Source: a virus. From it: a stretch of DNA of 64,000 nt. The stretch covers positions 8,200-72,199 of the IMG/VR virus record IMGVR_UViG_3300027749_000095; one strand, given 5' to 3'. A program made the position numbers and the translations under genes. Of this stretch, positions 1 to 8,618 are shown piece by piece (the stretch's first letter is position 1; each line of letters starts with the position of its first letter). The notes beneath the pieces are model-generated. The model had not been told where the DNA came from. It did not search any database and saw only the letters and a list, made by a program, of their open reading frames with translations.

Positions 1-1
1 A

Positions 2-1348
2 TGGGAAGGCGAGTGGCGTGACCCTACTGGTCCAGAAGTTGCTGCCATGTGGGCAGAAGTCAATGCTCGAGGTATTGAACTTGTACCACAACTGCATCCT
101 ACTGGCGATCCCAAGACTGACAAGAATGGTAATCCAAAGTTTACCAAAGTAGATCATCCTAAGTTATATCAAGCAAGACTAGATGCCGCACAAAAAAAGC
201 GCGAACAAGTGTTGGCTTGGATGGACACGCTTATGGACTACGGCATGGTACTTGATATTCCAGCATGGGTAGAACGTAGCCCTGCAGGACGTAAGGCCAC
301 TGGGATCACTTCATATGAACAAGCAGTTGAAGCGACCAAATACAATAATGAATACTTTATTAAACATCGCACAGGTGCTTGTAAATTTTTGAATGTATTG
401 CAAGGAGAAACACATAAACAAGCTGAAGATTGGTATCAATCAATGAAAGCGTTTTGTGATACTAAGATTTATGGCGACAAAGCATTTAATGGCTGGGGTA
501 TGGGTGGCCAGAACATGTGTGATATTCACCTTGTGCTTCTACGTCTAGTGGCTCTGAGATTTGACGGATTGTTAGAACAGGGTCAACATGATTGGATGCA
601 CTTCTTAGGCACATCAAAGTTAGAATGGGCTGTGTTGCTAACTGACATTCAACGTGCTGTTCGAAAGTATCATAATCCAAACTTTACTATTAGCTTTGAC
701 TGTGCAAGTCCGTTCTTGGCAACTGCCAATGGACAGATTTATATCAACACAGAAACTGAAGATCGTACTAAATGGGTTTATCGTATGCAGGCCAGTGCAG
801 ATGATAAAAAGTATGCCACTGACAGCCGATTGTTTAAAGATGCAGTATTACAAGATAAGATATTTGAAAAGTTTGAATCAAGTCCCATTATTGATCAAAT
901 ACAGATGAAAGAAATTTGCATCTATGCTCCCGGCGACCTAAATAAAAATGGTAAAGAGGGTGCAACAAGTTGGGATTCATTTAGTTATGCACTAATGATG
1001 GGACACAATGTTTGGATGCACTTGAATGCAGTACAGGAAGCAAATCGGCAATATGATTCGGGTAAATTACCATCAATGTTAGTTGACGAACGCTTTGATA
1101 GAGTGTACTATAAAGATATTGTAGAAGCTATATTTTCATGTGATAACCGAGATGATGCTAATGCTATTATTGAACACTACAGCAGATATTGGATGACCAT
1201 TATCGGTACACGTGGTGCTACTGGAAAGAAAACTGTTAATGCGGCAACTATGGCAAATGAACATTTTGAAATAGAAGTTAACTTGACTGTGGACAAAGTA
1301 GTTAAAGAAGACCCTAAAGAAAATAACTTTATGGATTTGTTTGAATAA
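2..1348 (+). CDS. tRNA-guanine transglycosylase (TGT)-fold protein, DpdA-like; 5' end truncated by window edge
   Basis: Frame is open from base 2 (WEGEWRDPTGPEVAAM...). TGT-like motifs in order: GMVLDIP, FLNVLQG, GWGMGG, HFLGTS, SFDCASP. No CxCxxC zinc site. Clustered with queD/folE/queE-like genes. Confidence 0.8.
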   Translation, partial: WEGEWRDPTGPEVAAMWAEVNARGIELVPQLHPTGDPKTDKNGNPKFTKVDHPKLYQARLDAAQKKREQVLAWMDTLMDYGMVLDIPAWVERSPAGRKATGITSYEQAVEATKYNNEYFIKHRTGACKFLNVLQGETHKQAEDWYQSMKAFCDTKIYGDKAFNGWGMGGQNMCDIHLVLLRLVALRFDGLLEQGQHDWMHFLGTSKLEWAVLLTDIQRAVRKYHNPNFTISFDCASPFLATANGQIYINTETEDRTKWVYRMQASADDKKYATDSRLFKDAVLQDKIFEKFESSPIIDQIQMKEICIYAPGDLNKNGKEGATSWDSFSYALMMGHNVWMHLNAVQEANRQYDSGKLPSMLVDERFDRVYYKDIVEAIFSCDNRDDANAIIEHYSRYWMTIIGTRGATGKKTVNAATMANEHFEIEVNLTVDKVVKEDPKENNFMDLFE

Positions 1349-1385
1349 TATTACACGTGAAAACTTTCATGAAAAGAGTTATAAA

Positions 1386-1631
1386 ATGACCATGCCCGAC
1401 GAACGATTTCGTGCAGTAGTACAAACTGAGAAATTCCTAAGAGAAATTCTTACTACCCCGCGAGTTCCTAAGAATATTAAAGATGGTGCTCGTTGGTGCT
1501 TACGCCATTATCCCAGTAATTGGGACATGAAGATGGCCGCGGAGGGTGCACCGGATCACTTCCAAGAAACAATGGAACCGGTGACTAGACTTTTTAAACA
1601 ATACGAAGAGAGTAAAAAGAATGAAGCGTAA
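1386..1631 (+). CDS. small conserved phage protein (MTMPDER...LRHYP type)
   Basis: ORF; ATG at 1386 is more plausible than TTG at 1341. MTxPDER and LRHYP pattern recalled from small phage hypothetical proteins. Confidence 0.6.
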   Translation: MTMPDERFRAVVQTEKFLREILTTPRVPKNIKDGARWCLRHYPSNWDMKMAAEGAPDHFQETMEPVTRLFKQYEESKKNEA

Positions 1632-2139
1632 TTATACAGACGGTATATCAGAAGATGTAATTTACTTTATTGGCAAGGAAGTAGAGCATACTCCTGCATA
1701 TGGTATGAACACTTTATTTGTTACCGGGGTTCAACCAGTAGATGAAATTGCATCAAAGTTAAATGGATGTATACACATTTTCTTTGGCGCTAATCATAGC
1801 TTCAATCCAGCACGTAATGACTACAATGGTTGGAGGGCTTGGGAGGATATGATTCAATTCTTTCTCGATAAAGATTATCTATGTAGTTTAGATATTCCAA
1901 TCAGTGCTGTAGAAGAATTTAATGACGGTGGATTAAATGAGCATAACAACTTTATTCCACAGATAAGAGTTACAATTCCTTATTTAAAATTATGGAATTA
2001 TAATACAATGCTTAAAATTGATGACAAAGATTTTAATGCAACGAATCCTGGGGTGTGGTCAGTGCCAATGGGTGCCATAACTCAGCGAAAGTACTTTACA
2101 CCATGGCGCAATTATAACAACGATGAGATTATCAAATGA
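1621..2139 (+). CDS. hypothetical protein in the modification cluster
   Basis: 172-aa ORF overlapping both neighbours; motifs EVEHTPAYG, HIFFGANHSF, IDDKDFNATNPGVW. Confidence 0.7.
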   Translation: MKRNYTDGISEDVIYFIGKEVEHTPAYGMNTLFVTGVQPVDEIASKLNGCIHIFFGANHSFNPARNDYNGWRAWEDMIQFFLDKDYLCSLDIPISAVEEFNDGGLNEHNNFIPQIRVTIPYLKLWNYNTMLKIDDKDFNATNPGVWSVPMGAITQRKYFTPWRNYNNDEIIK

Positions 2140-2261
2140 ACGAAACACAAGCTCAACAACTAATAGATGCAGTAACTAGACAAAATCAATTACTTGAAGG
2201 TATTGATTGGAAACTGTGGGAATTGTTTAAACACATAGTCCCACAGGAAGAAAAGAAATGA
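2136..2261 (+). CDS. 41-aa hypothetical protein, not in ORF track (MNETQAQQLIDAVTRQNQLLEGIDWKLWELFKHIVPQEEKK)
   Basis: Exactly fills the gap, with ATGA stop/start overlaps at both ends. Confidence 0.65.
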   Translation: MNETQAQQLIDAVTRQNQLLEGIDWKLWELFKHIVPQEEKK

Positions 2262-2680
2262 TTATAGGAAATGTAGTACCACTACAAAAAGATACAATGC
2301 GCCAAGATTGGCGTCCAAACAAAATGATTTGGGTTACCTTTAACAAAGAAGGTATGCACAAATACCCAGCCGCACTTACAGATCCTAACTTAGCAACAGG
2401 CGATGAGTATGATGTAAGTTTCCTGGGCTATCCGCATCGTCACATCTTCCACTTTAAAGTTTGGATTGGTGTTACACATGACGACCGTGATATTGAGTTT
2501 ATTCAGTTTAAACGCTGGTTGCTAAACTTGTACAAAGATAGTATACTAGCGTTAGACTACAAAAGTTGTGAAATGATGTCTGGAGATTTATATCAACAGA
2601 TTTCACAAAAGTATCCCAACCGTGAGGTTTGGATTGAGGTCTCCGAAGACGGGGAAAATGGTTCATTTATTAAGTACTAA
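2258..2680 (+). CDS. queD: QueD-like (6-pyruvoyl-tetrahydropterin synthase / T-fold) protein
   Basis: H...HRHIFHFKV metal-binding pattern, DRDIEF, SCEM, C-terminal IEVSEDGENG; context with folE and queE. Confidence 0.7.
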   Translation: MIIGNVVPLQKDTMRQDWRPNKMIWVTFNKEGMHKYPAALTDPNLATGDEYDVSFLGYPHRHIFHFKVWIGVTHDDRDIEFIQFKRWLLNLYKDSILALDYKSCEMMSGDLYQQISQKYPNREVWIEVSEDGENGSFIKY

Positions 2681-2692
2681 GGAAAAGCTACA

Positions 2693-2953
2693 ATGGCTAA
2701 GAATTATAAAGATGGCAATTACTTTGAAAATCGGCCCGACATTGTTCGGATCTTTGACGACCTAGAAAAGTTTTTAGATTTTTGCAGGTTTGAGTTGTTG
2801 CCATTTAACGAGGCAGATCTCTATAACAGAGACAGTCAAGTGTGGAATCAGTTCTACTATGCAAGTCGCCCTAAGAAGCCTTGGAACGGTGAAAAGAAAC
2901 AATGGACTGGCGAACGTAAGCCTTACCAAGGCACTAAACCACGCTACGCCTAA
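2693..2953 (+). CDS. hypothetical protein
   Basis: 86-aa ORF with AAGGA RBS; TAATG overlap with next gene. Confidence 0.7.
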   Translation: MAKNYKDGNYFENRPDIVRIFDDLEKFLDFCRFELLPFNEADLYNRDSQVWNQFYYASRPKKPWNGEKKQWTGERKPYQGTKPRYA

Positions 2954-4044
2954 TGACTATCTTCTTAATCGATTTAGAATCGGTTGAGACAAGGTACACG
3001 GGGCAGTGGAAGTCCCATGTACCTAATCTCTTACGAAAGGCAGGACACAATGTCAACATTATATCAGGTCCTACGGATATTCCTAGTGCTACCACTCCTG
3101 GAGCATTTCTCAACTTCGGTGGCACTAATATATACAAAGCTAGTCAAGTGGAGCAGATGGGCCGTTTATTTTGCGACGGAGCCGTTCGCCCAGGTGATCA
3201 TTTTATATTTACTGATGCTTGGCACCCTGGTATCATCAATCTCAAGTACATGAGTGAACTGCTGGGCATTCCGGTAACCACACACGGTCTCTGGCATGCT
3301 GGATCATATGATCCGCAAGACTTTCTTGGACGCTTGGTCGGAAACAAGCCTTGGGTTAGAAACGCTGAGAGAAGTTTTTATTATGCGTTTGATCACAACT
3401 ACTTTGCCACTGAATTCCATGTTAAGCTGTTCTTTGATAATCTGTTACATGATTATCCAACAGAAAATCCTTGGTACGAAGAAGACTGGGCAGAACGTTA
3501 CGACAGTGGTAAAATTGTACTAACTGGTTGGCCCATGGATTATATGGAAGCTACGTTAACTATGTATAAAGGCATGCCCAAGCGTGACCTTATACTGTTC
3601 CCTCATCGCATAGCGCCAGAGAAACAAGTTGAAATCTTCCGGGACCTTAAGCATCATTTGCCTCAATATGAATTTATCGTGTGCCAAGACCAGGAACTAA
3701 CAAAGAACGAATATCATAACTTGCTGGGCGAAGCTAAGATGGTGTTTAGCTGTAGTTTGCAAGAAACCCTAGGCATTGGCTGCTATGAAGGTGCTATTGT
3801 AGATGCTATTCCAATGGTACCTGACCGGCTTAGTTATACTGAAATGTATTTAGATACATTTAAGTATGAAAGTAAATGGACCGAGAGTTATGATGCGTAT
3901 ACTGTATATCGACCAGATCTTTGCCGTGCCATTATATCACATATGGATAATTATAAAACTAGATTACCTATGTTAAAAAAACAAACGGAGATATTAAATG
4001 AGCGATTCTTCTCAGCTGCCGAACTCATTAGACGATTTAACTAA
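2953..4044 (+). CDS. GT-B fold glycosyltransferase (GT4-like)
   Basis: FPHRIAPEKQ and the E-x7-E motif ETLGIGCYE of retaining GT-B enzymes. Confidence 0.75.
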   Translation: MTIFLIDLESVETRYTGQWKSHVPNLLRKAGHNVNIISGPTDIPSATTPGAFLNFGGTNIYKASQVEQMGRLFCDGAVRPGDHFIFTDAWHPGIINLKYMSELLGIPVTTHGLWHAGSYDPQDFLGRLVGNKPWVRNAERSFYYAFDHNYFATEFHVKLFFDNLLHDYPTENPWYEEDWAERYDSGKIVLTGWPMDYMEATLTMYKGMPKRDLILFPHRIAPEKQVEIFRDLKHHLPQYEFIVCQDQELTKNEYHNLLGEAKMVFSCSLQETLGIGCYEGAIVDAIPMVPDRLSYTEMYLDTFKYESKWTESYDAYTVYRPDLCRAIISHMDNYKTRLPMLKKQTEILNERFFSAAELIRRFN

Positions 4045-4396
4045 TACTATAACTATTTTAGGTAGTTCAGAGACTGCTACTATTACGGTCCCTGAATTAT
4101 ATCGGTATGATGAAACTATGTTATCGTCTGATTTTTGTAGTATTTCAACTATTCATTCAGCGTCGGCATGCCCAACAACATTTACCATCGCCGCAAGCGA
4201 TACTATCACTATTAGTAATATCAATTCGTCATTTGGTTGGACTGTTTCTAAAGAGTGGATTGATGCATTTCCAGAATGGGCACGAGTTGATGACATGTGT
4301 AAACAATATCCATCATTAGAAATTGCTCTAAGAAATTTCCAAACCATTTATCAGCTTGTAAAGGATGACTATGATAATCCAGCACCTAAAAAATAA
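3998..4396 (+). CDS. hypothetical protein
   Basis: Thr/Ser-rich N-terminus; C-terminal MCKQYPSLEIALRNFQTIYQLVKDDY segment. Confidence 0.6.
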   Translation: MSDSSQLPNSLDDLTNTITILGSSETATITVPELYRYDETMLSSDFCSISTIHSASACPTTFTIAASDTITISNINSSFGWTVSKEWIDAFPEWARVDDMCKQYPSLEIALRNFQTIYQLVKDDYDNPAPKK

Positions 4397-4847
4397 ATTC
4401 TTTTCTTTTTTAGAAGGACGTGATCGTAAACGTATTATTATGGATAGACTATACGATGAGCCGCTGTTAACTCGATATTATGTTTTCTTAAAGAACCGTA
4501 AATGGTTTCCATTTAATGTGTTTATTCATAAGTTTCATAAATCGGATCCTGATGATGTACATGATCATCCATGGCCATATTTTACACTGATCTTAAAAGG
4601 TGGGTACTATGAATACGTCCCAATATTCAATAACAACGGAGAAAAAATTGGAGAAACCAAACATTGGCGGAAGCCTGGTCATTTTCGCACTTGCAGTGCT
4701 AATAGTTATCATCGCATTGAACTAGACCCTAGTGTAACTGCATGGACTCTATTCATGCCCGGACCTCAGAAAAGAGAATGGGGTTTTCTTGTAAACAACA
4801 AATGGATACACAATGACATCTATCTCGAGTCCCGTAAAAACACTTAA
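4365..4847 (+). CDS. cupin (RmlC-like) metalloprotein
   Basis: HDHPW...GGYYE...HRIEL cupin metal-binding motifs; WTLF and REWGF. Confidence 0.7.
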   Translation: MTMIIQHLKNKFFSFLEGRDRKRIIMDRLYDEPLLTRYYVFLKNRKWFPFNVFIHKFHKSDPDDVHDHPWPYFTLILKGGYYEYVPIFNNNGEKIGETKHWRKPGHFRTCSANSYHRIELDPSVTAWTLFMPGPQKREWGFLVNNKWIHNDIYLESRKNT

Positions 4848-5262
4848 TACTGTAGGTGCTACAGTAGGTGGCATTGTGACTACTAACGGATTTAATGGAA
4901 CTAGTCATCCTTCGTATGGTGCTATTCCCCCATTAACAATTGGAAAAGTTTACACTACTAACGGTACTACTGGACAGTTTTTAATAAGTGGAGCCAATGG
5001 AACTAATTGGTCGCATAATAATATTCCCGATAATGTTATGGTTGTTAAACAATCACCGCCAGAATTAGAAGTCAAAGGTCGCTTAGTGTTAAACGGACAA
5101 GACTTAGAAGAACGGTTAAACACAATTGAAAAAGTCTTGTGTATACCCGAAAGAGATGTTATACTTGAAAAGAAGCATCCAAAGCTAAAAAGACTGTATG
5201 ACGAGTACATTGCGGCATTGGGAAAGTATAGAACATTTGAAGCAATAAAGGAATCAAAATAA
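4813..5262 (+). CDS. hypothetical protein
   Basis: Gly/Thr-rich N-terminus and helical C-terminus; overlaps neighbours. Confidence 0.6.
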   Translation: MTSISSPVKTLNTVGATVGGIVTTNGFNGTSHPSYGAIPPLTIGKVYTTNGTTGQFLISGANGTNWSHNNIPDNVMVVKQSPPELEVKGRLVLNGQDLEERLNTIEKVLCIPERDVILEKKHPKLKRLYDEYIAALGKYRTFEAIKESK

Positions 5263-5492
5263 TGTTACACGAATCAATTAAGTTAAATGAATTCATGGCT
5301 AAGGAAGAAGCTGGTTTTAGACTTAGAGTCAAACACTGGAAGTGTGCCGGGCCTGTCAATTTAAATAGCCTCGAATTTACACAAGAGTGCATTGATGTAA
5401 ATGGTGAGGTAAATTTTAGCTCTACTTATAACTTTTTCCTAACTAATGATGAAATAAAATCATTGTGTAACGGATTAATGGCAATCAAATAA
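5262..5492 (+). CDS. hypothetical protein
   Basis: 76-aa ORF with TAATG coupling and AAGGA RBS. Confidence 0.6.
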   Translation: MLHESIKLNEFMAKEEAGFRLRVKHWKCAGPVNLNSLEFTQECIDVNGEVNFSSTYNFFLTNDEIKSLCNGLMAIK

Positions 5493-5505
5493 TTACAATG
5501 GTTAT

Positions 5506-5880
5506 ATGGCAACTGACTTAGAAAAGGCATTAAATGAAAAACGAGCACCATGGACTGACATTGAGTACAGAACAAAAGACTTTTGGATCTTCAGAGATGC
5601 ATATCCAGTTACCCAGGGGCATTTGTTATTTGTGCCTACCCAAGAGTCGAGTAACAATCTCTGGGAGTGCTACAAAGCAGCCTACAAGTTTGGATACGAC
5701 GGTGTTGCAGCAGAACGTTGGGACGCTTTTAACATTGGGCAAAACTGCGGTGAAGCAGCCGGTCAAACAGTAATGTATCCGCATGTACACATGATTCCAC
5801 GGCGCACTGGTGACATGGAAAATCCACGTGGCGGTGTTAGACATGTTATTCCAGAAAAAGGAAACTATGTCTCCAAGTGA
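5506..5880 (+). CDS. HIT-family nucleotide hydrolase
   Basis: DAYPVTQGHLLFVP, NIGQNCGEAAGQTVMYPHVHMIPR. Confidence 0.9.
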   Translation: MATDLEKALNEKRAPWTDIEYRTKDFWIFRDAYPVTQGHLLFVPTQESSNNLWECYKAAYKFGYDGVAAERWDAFNIGQNCGEAAGQTVMYPHVHMIPRRTGDMENPRGGVRHVIPEKGNYVSK

Positions 5881-6073
5881 TCATGAAGTTATTGTAGACT
5901 GGCATATGCAAGGTGCTAATTGGTGGAACGAAACTTGTGCTATGGTATTAGAAGTATTTGGGTTGCCGGGCCATCGATTTGTTTACACTCCAAGCGAAGA
6001 CTTTATGACATTTTGTTTTAAGTCAAAAAAAGATGCAGACTTGTGTCGTATACTGTTAAGCGAACGATTATGA
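5867..6073 (+). CDS. hypothetical protein
   Basis: ATG at 5867 after AAGGA; ATGA overlap with next gene. Confidence 0.6.
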   Translation: MSPSDHEVIVDWHMQGANWWNETCAMVLEVFGLPGHRFVYTPSEDFMTFCFKSKKDADLCRILLSERL

Positions 6074-6858
6074 AAATAGGTATTGTTGGATTGGGGTTTG
6101 TCGGCAATGCTATCCGGCGAGCATATGAAGACTTGTTTACCAATGTTATAGTAGTGGATGTAGATCCTACTAAATCCACAGGAACTTATACAGACCTACA
6201 ATGCTGCGATGCTGTGTTTGTGTGTGTTCCTAGTCCAGCTAAAGATACCGGAGAATGTGATACTAGCATACTAAATTCCGTATTGTACCTACTGCGAGAT
6301 TATAACAATGTTATTATCAGTAAGACTACTGCAACGCCGCAATTTTACGAAAAGATGCAGGCAGTTTATCCTAATTTAGTACACATACCAGAATTTCTAA
6401 AAGCTAGCAATGCTCGTGAAGATTATCTTAAAGAAGCTAATGCTATTATAGGCGGAAGTATTGCCGCCTATAGAAATGAAGCGGCTCGTATTATTAAACT
6501 AGCCCAACCAATAACACACGTAGAACATTGTTCAATAGGTGAAGCTGCCTTTATCAAATATACACTTAATACATACCTTGCTACTAAAGTTGTCTTTATG
6601 AATGAAACTGCCGAACTAGCAGTAGCACACGGATACAACTGGGATACAATTAGAATGTATCTAGCTGAAGACAATCGAATTGGTTTGAGTCACATGCAAG
6701 TGCCCGGACCGGATGGATACTACGGATTTGGTGGTATGTGTTTTCCAAAAGATACAACTGCTTGGTTAAAATATGCAAATAAATTAGGTGTACAATTGAG
6801 CGTATTGAAAACAGCAATAAAGAAAAATATCCTATTAAGGTTGCAAAAACCTAAATAA
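6070..6858 (+). CDS. UDP-glucose/GDP-mannose dehydrogenase family protein, lacking C-terminal domain
   Basis: GIVGLGFVG Rossmann motif, FVCVPSP, PEFL, KYxxNxYLAxK, catalytic GFGGMCFPKD. Confidence 0.85.
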   Translation: MKIGIVGLGFVGNAIRRAYEDLFTNVIVVDVDPTKSTGTYTDLQCCDAVFVCVPSPAKDTGECDTSILNSVLYLLRDYNNVIISKTTATPQFYEKMQAVYPNLVHIPEFLKASNAREDYLKEANAIIGGSIAAYRNEAARIIKLAQPITHVEHCSIGEAAFIKYTLNTYLATKVVFMNETAELAVAHGYNWDTIRMYLAEDNRIGLSHMQVPGPDGYYGFGGMCFPKDTTAWLKYANKLGVQLSVLKTAIKKNILLRLQKPK

Positions 6859-6869
6859 TACTGTATAAT
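6841..6869 (+). promoter_or_regulatory. sigma70-type promoter with an embedded late TAAATA box, upstream of folE
   Basis: TTGCAA-17 nt-TATAAT; TAAATA at 6852-6857. Confidence 0.6.
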
Positions 6870-6910
6870 AATACGAAAGACATCCACGTCATTAACTCGG
6901 AGAATAAAAA

Positions 6911-7729
6911 TTGACACAAACATTTACCCCAGATCCTGCACTTAAACCCACACCAGAATTTAAATCAGACGAATATGTACCTTTAAAGAAAGAAGTCTTT
7001 ATTAAAGCGGGCGAAGACATGTCCGATAAAGGATATCAAGAAGGGACGTTAGCAGGAGCAATCCGCATGAGGATGAGACGTGATAACAAACGTTTCTGGG
7101 CTGGAGACAATATTAGCGACTATCTGCATGACTCAGATAAAGAGCATCTAATTAATGAAGCCACAGTAGCATTTGAACAAGTATTAGATACCTTGCTTAT
7201 TGATCGTGAAAATGATCCAAACAGTAAAGGCACAGCCAAGCGACTGGCTAAAATGTACTTTAATGAAATTATGGAAGGTAGATATGAACCGGCACCAGAT
7301 GCAACAGCTTTTCCAAATGACAGCGCCGACCGTTACGAAGGTATGCTTGTGGTACGTAGTGAGCTTCGAAGTATGTGTTCTCATCATCACCAGCCTGTCT
7401 CTGGGGTTGCCTACATCGGTATCATTGCCGCTAATAAACTTATTGGTCTCAGCAAGTATACCAGAATAGCACAGTGGTGTGCTCGTCGTGGCACACTACA
7501 AGAAGAATTATGTAATGACATTGCTAGAGAAATTGCTAAAGCAACAGAATCTGAAAATGTAGCAGTGTACATCCAGGCCATTCATGGATGTTGCGAGAAT
7601 CGTGGCATCATGGCGCATAGTTCATTAACGCAGACTACAGTACTTAAAGGGTCGTTTAAAGACGATCCCCATACAAAAAAAGAGTTCTTTGATAACATTA
7701 AACTGCAACAAGAGTTTGCACCACGCTAA
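6911..7729 (+). CDS. folE: GTP cyclohydrolase I
   Basis: SMCSHHHQP, GLSKYTRI, RRGTLQEEL, HGCCENRG; TTG start after GGAG. Confidence 0.95.
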   Translation: MTQTFTPDPALKPTPEFKSDEYVPLKKEVFIKAGEDMSDKGYQEGTLAGAIRMRMRRDNKRFWAGDNISDYLHDSDKEHLINEATVAFEQVLDTLLIDRENDPNSKGTAKRLAKMYFNEIMEGRYEPAPDATAFPNDSADRYEGMLVVRSELRSMCSHHHQPVSGVAYIGIIAANKLIGLSKYTRIAQWCARRGTLQEELCNDIAREIAKATESENVAVYIQAIHGCCENRGIMAHSSLTQTTVLKGSFKDDPHTKKEFFDNIKLQQEFAPR

Positions 7730-7737
7730 GGAATATT

Positions 7738-8034
7738 ATGAATTGGTTAAAATTAAAATTACGCAACTGGGTATTAAGTGCCCATGATGAATGTGAACGT
7801 GACAGCAATATTGTTAATTCAAAAAGAAGTATATCTGTATCAACAAAAGATATGAATAGTGATCCAACTCTAAACTTTAAGGTATACTCAGCAGTAGGTG
7901 GCAAGGTGGTAGAATTTTCACGCTATGATAGACGGTCTGATCGAAATGATCATACTACATATATCATTACTAATGAACAAGACTTCGGCGAGCGGATTGC
8001 AAAGATTGCAACTATGGAAAATTTAAAGTCTTAA
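7738..8034 (+). CDS. hypothetical protein
   Basis: 98-aa ORF with AAGGA RBS. Confidence 0.7.
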   Translation: MNWLKLKLRNWVLSAHDECERDSNIVNSKRSISVSTKDMNSDPTLNFKVYSAVGGKVVEFSRYDRRSDRNDHTTYIITNEQDFGERIAKIATMENLKS

Positions 8035-8036
8035 TT

Positions 8037-8618
8037 ATGCAAATTCACGGATGGTTTCCTCGCCCTATTTGTGTTGTAGACAACGTATTATTGCACGAGT
8101 TAGGAACATTTGAAAATAGAACTAAAGAGCTTGTAAATCAAAGTTTCTATAGAAATATAGTATTAAGTGTAAATTCTACACACCCTACTAATAATACTCT
8201 ACATCTTGATCCTATTTTTAAACCGCTAGTAAGTATGATATATTCAACAGCTAGAGAATTTATGCAAGAAATAGGATATTATCAATTTTTAAATTCTCTT
8301 AAAATAAATTCAATGTGGACTAATGTTAGCCAGGAAGGTGATTTCCTTTATCCACACATTCATGGTTCAAGTTTACTTTCAGGTGTATATTATATTAAAG
8401 CGCCCATTGACAGTAAAATTAAGTTTTTCAACAACATAACAGATATGGTTCACCCTGCAAGTAACCCAACCCCGTTTACACAATCATATTGTGAGTACGA
8501 ATGTGACCCAGGTAGACTTATCATGTTTAGAAGTGATTTCCTCCACGGCACAGGAAAACAATCTGCCGGAGAGAAAATTGTAATTTCATTTAATATGGGT
8601 ACAGGAATATATGAGTAA
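8037..8618 (+). CDS. putative 2OG-Fe(II) oxygenase
   Basis: WTN...PHIH...LSGVYY...LIMFRSDFLHG...KIVISFN double-stranded beta-helix pattern. Confidence 0.8.
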   Translation: MQIHGWFPRPICVVDNVLLHELGTFENRTKELVNQSFYRNIVLSVNSTHPTNNTLHLDPIFKPLVSMIYSTAREFMQEIGYYQFLNSLKINSMWTNVSQEGDFLYPHIHGSSLLSGVYYIKAPIDSKIKFFNNITDMVHPASNPTPFTQSYCEYECDPGRLIMFRSDFLHGTGKQSAGEKIVISFNMGTGIYE

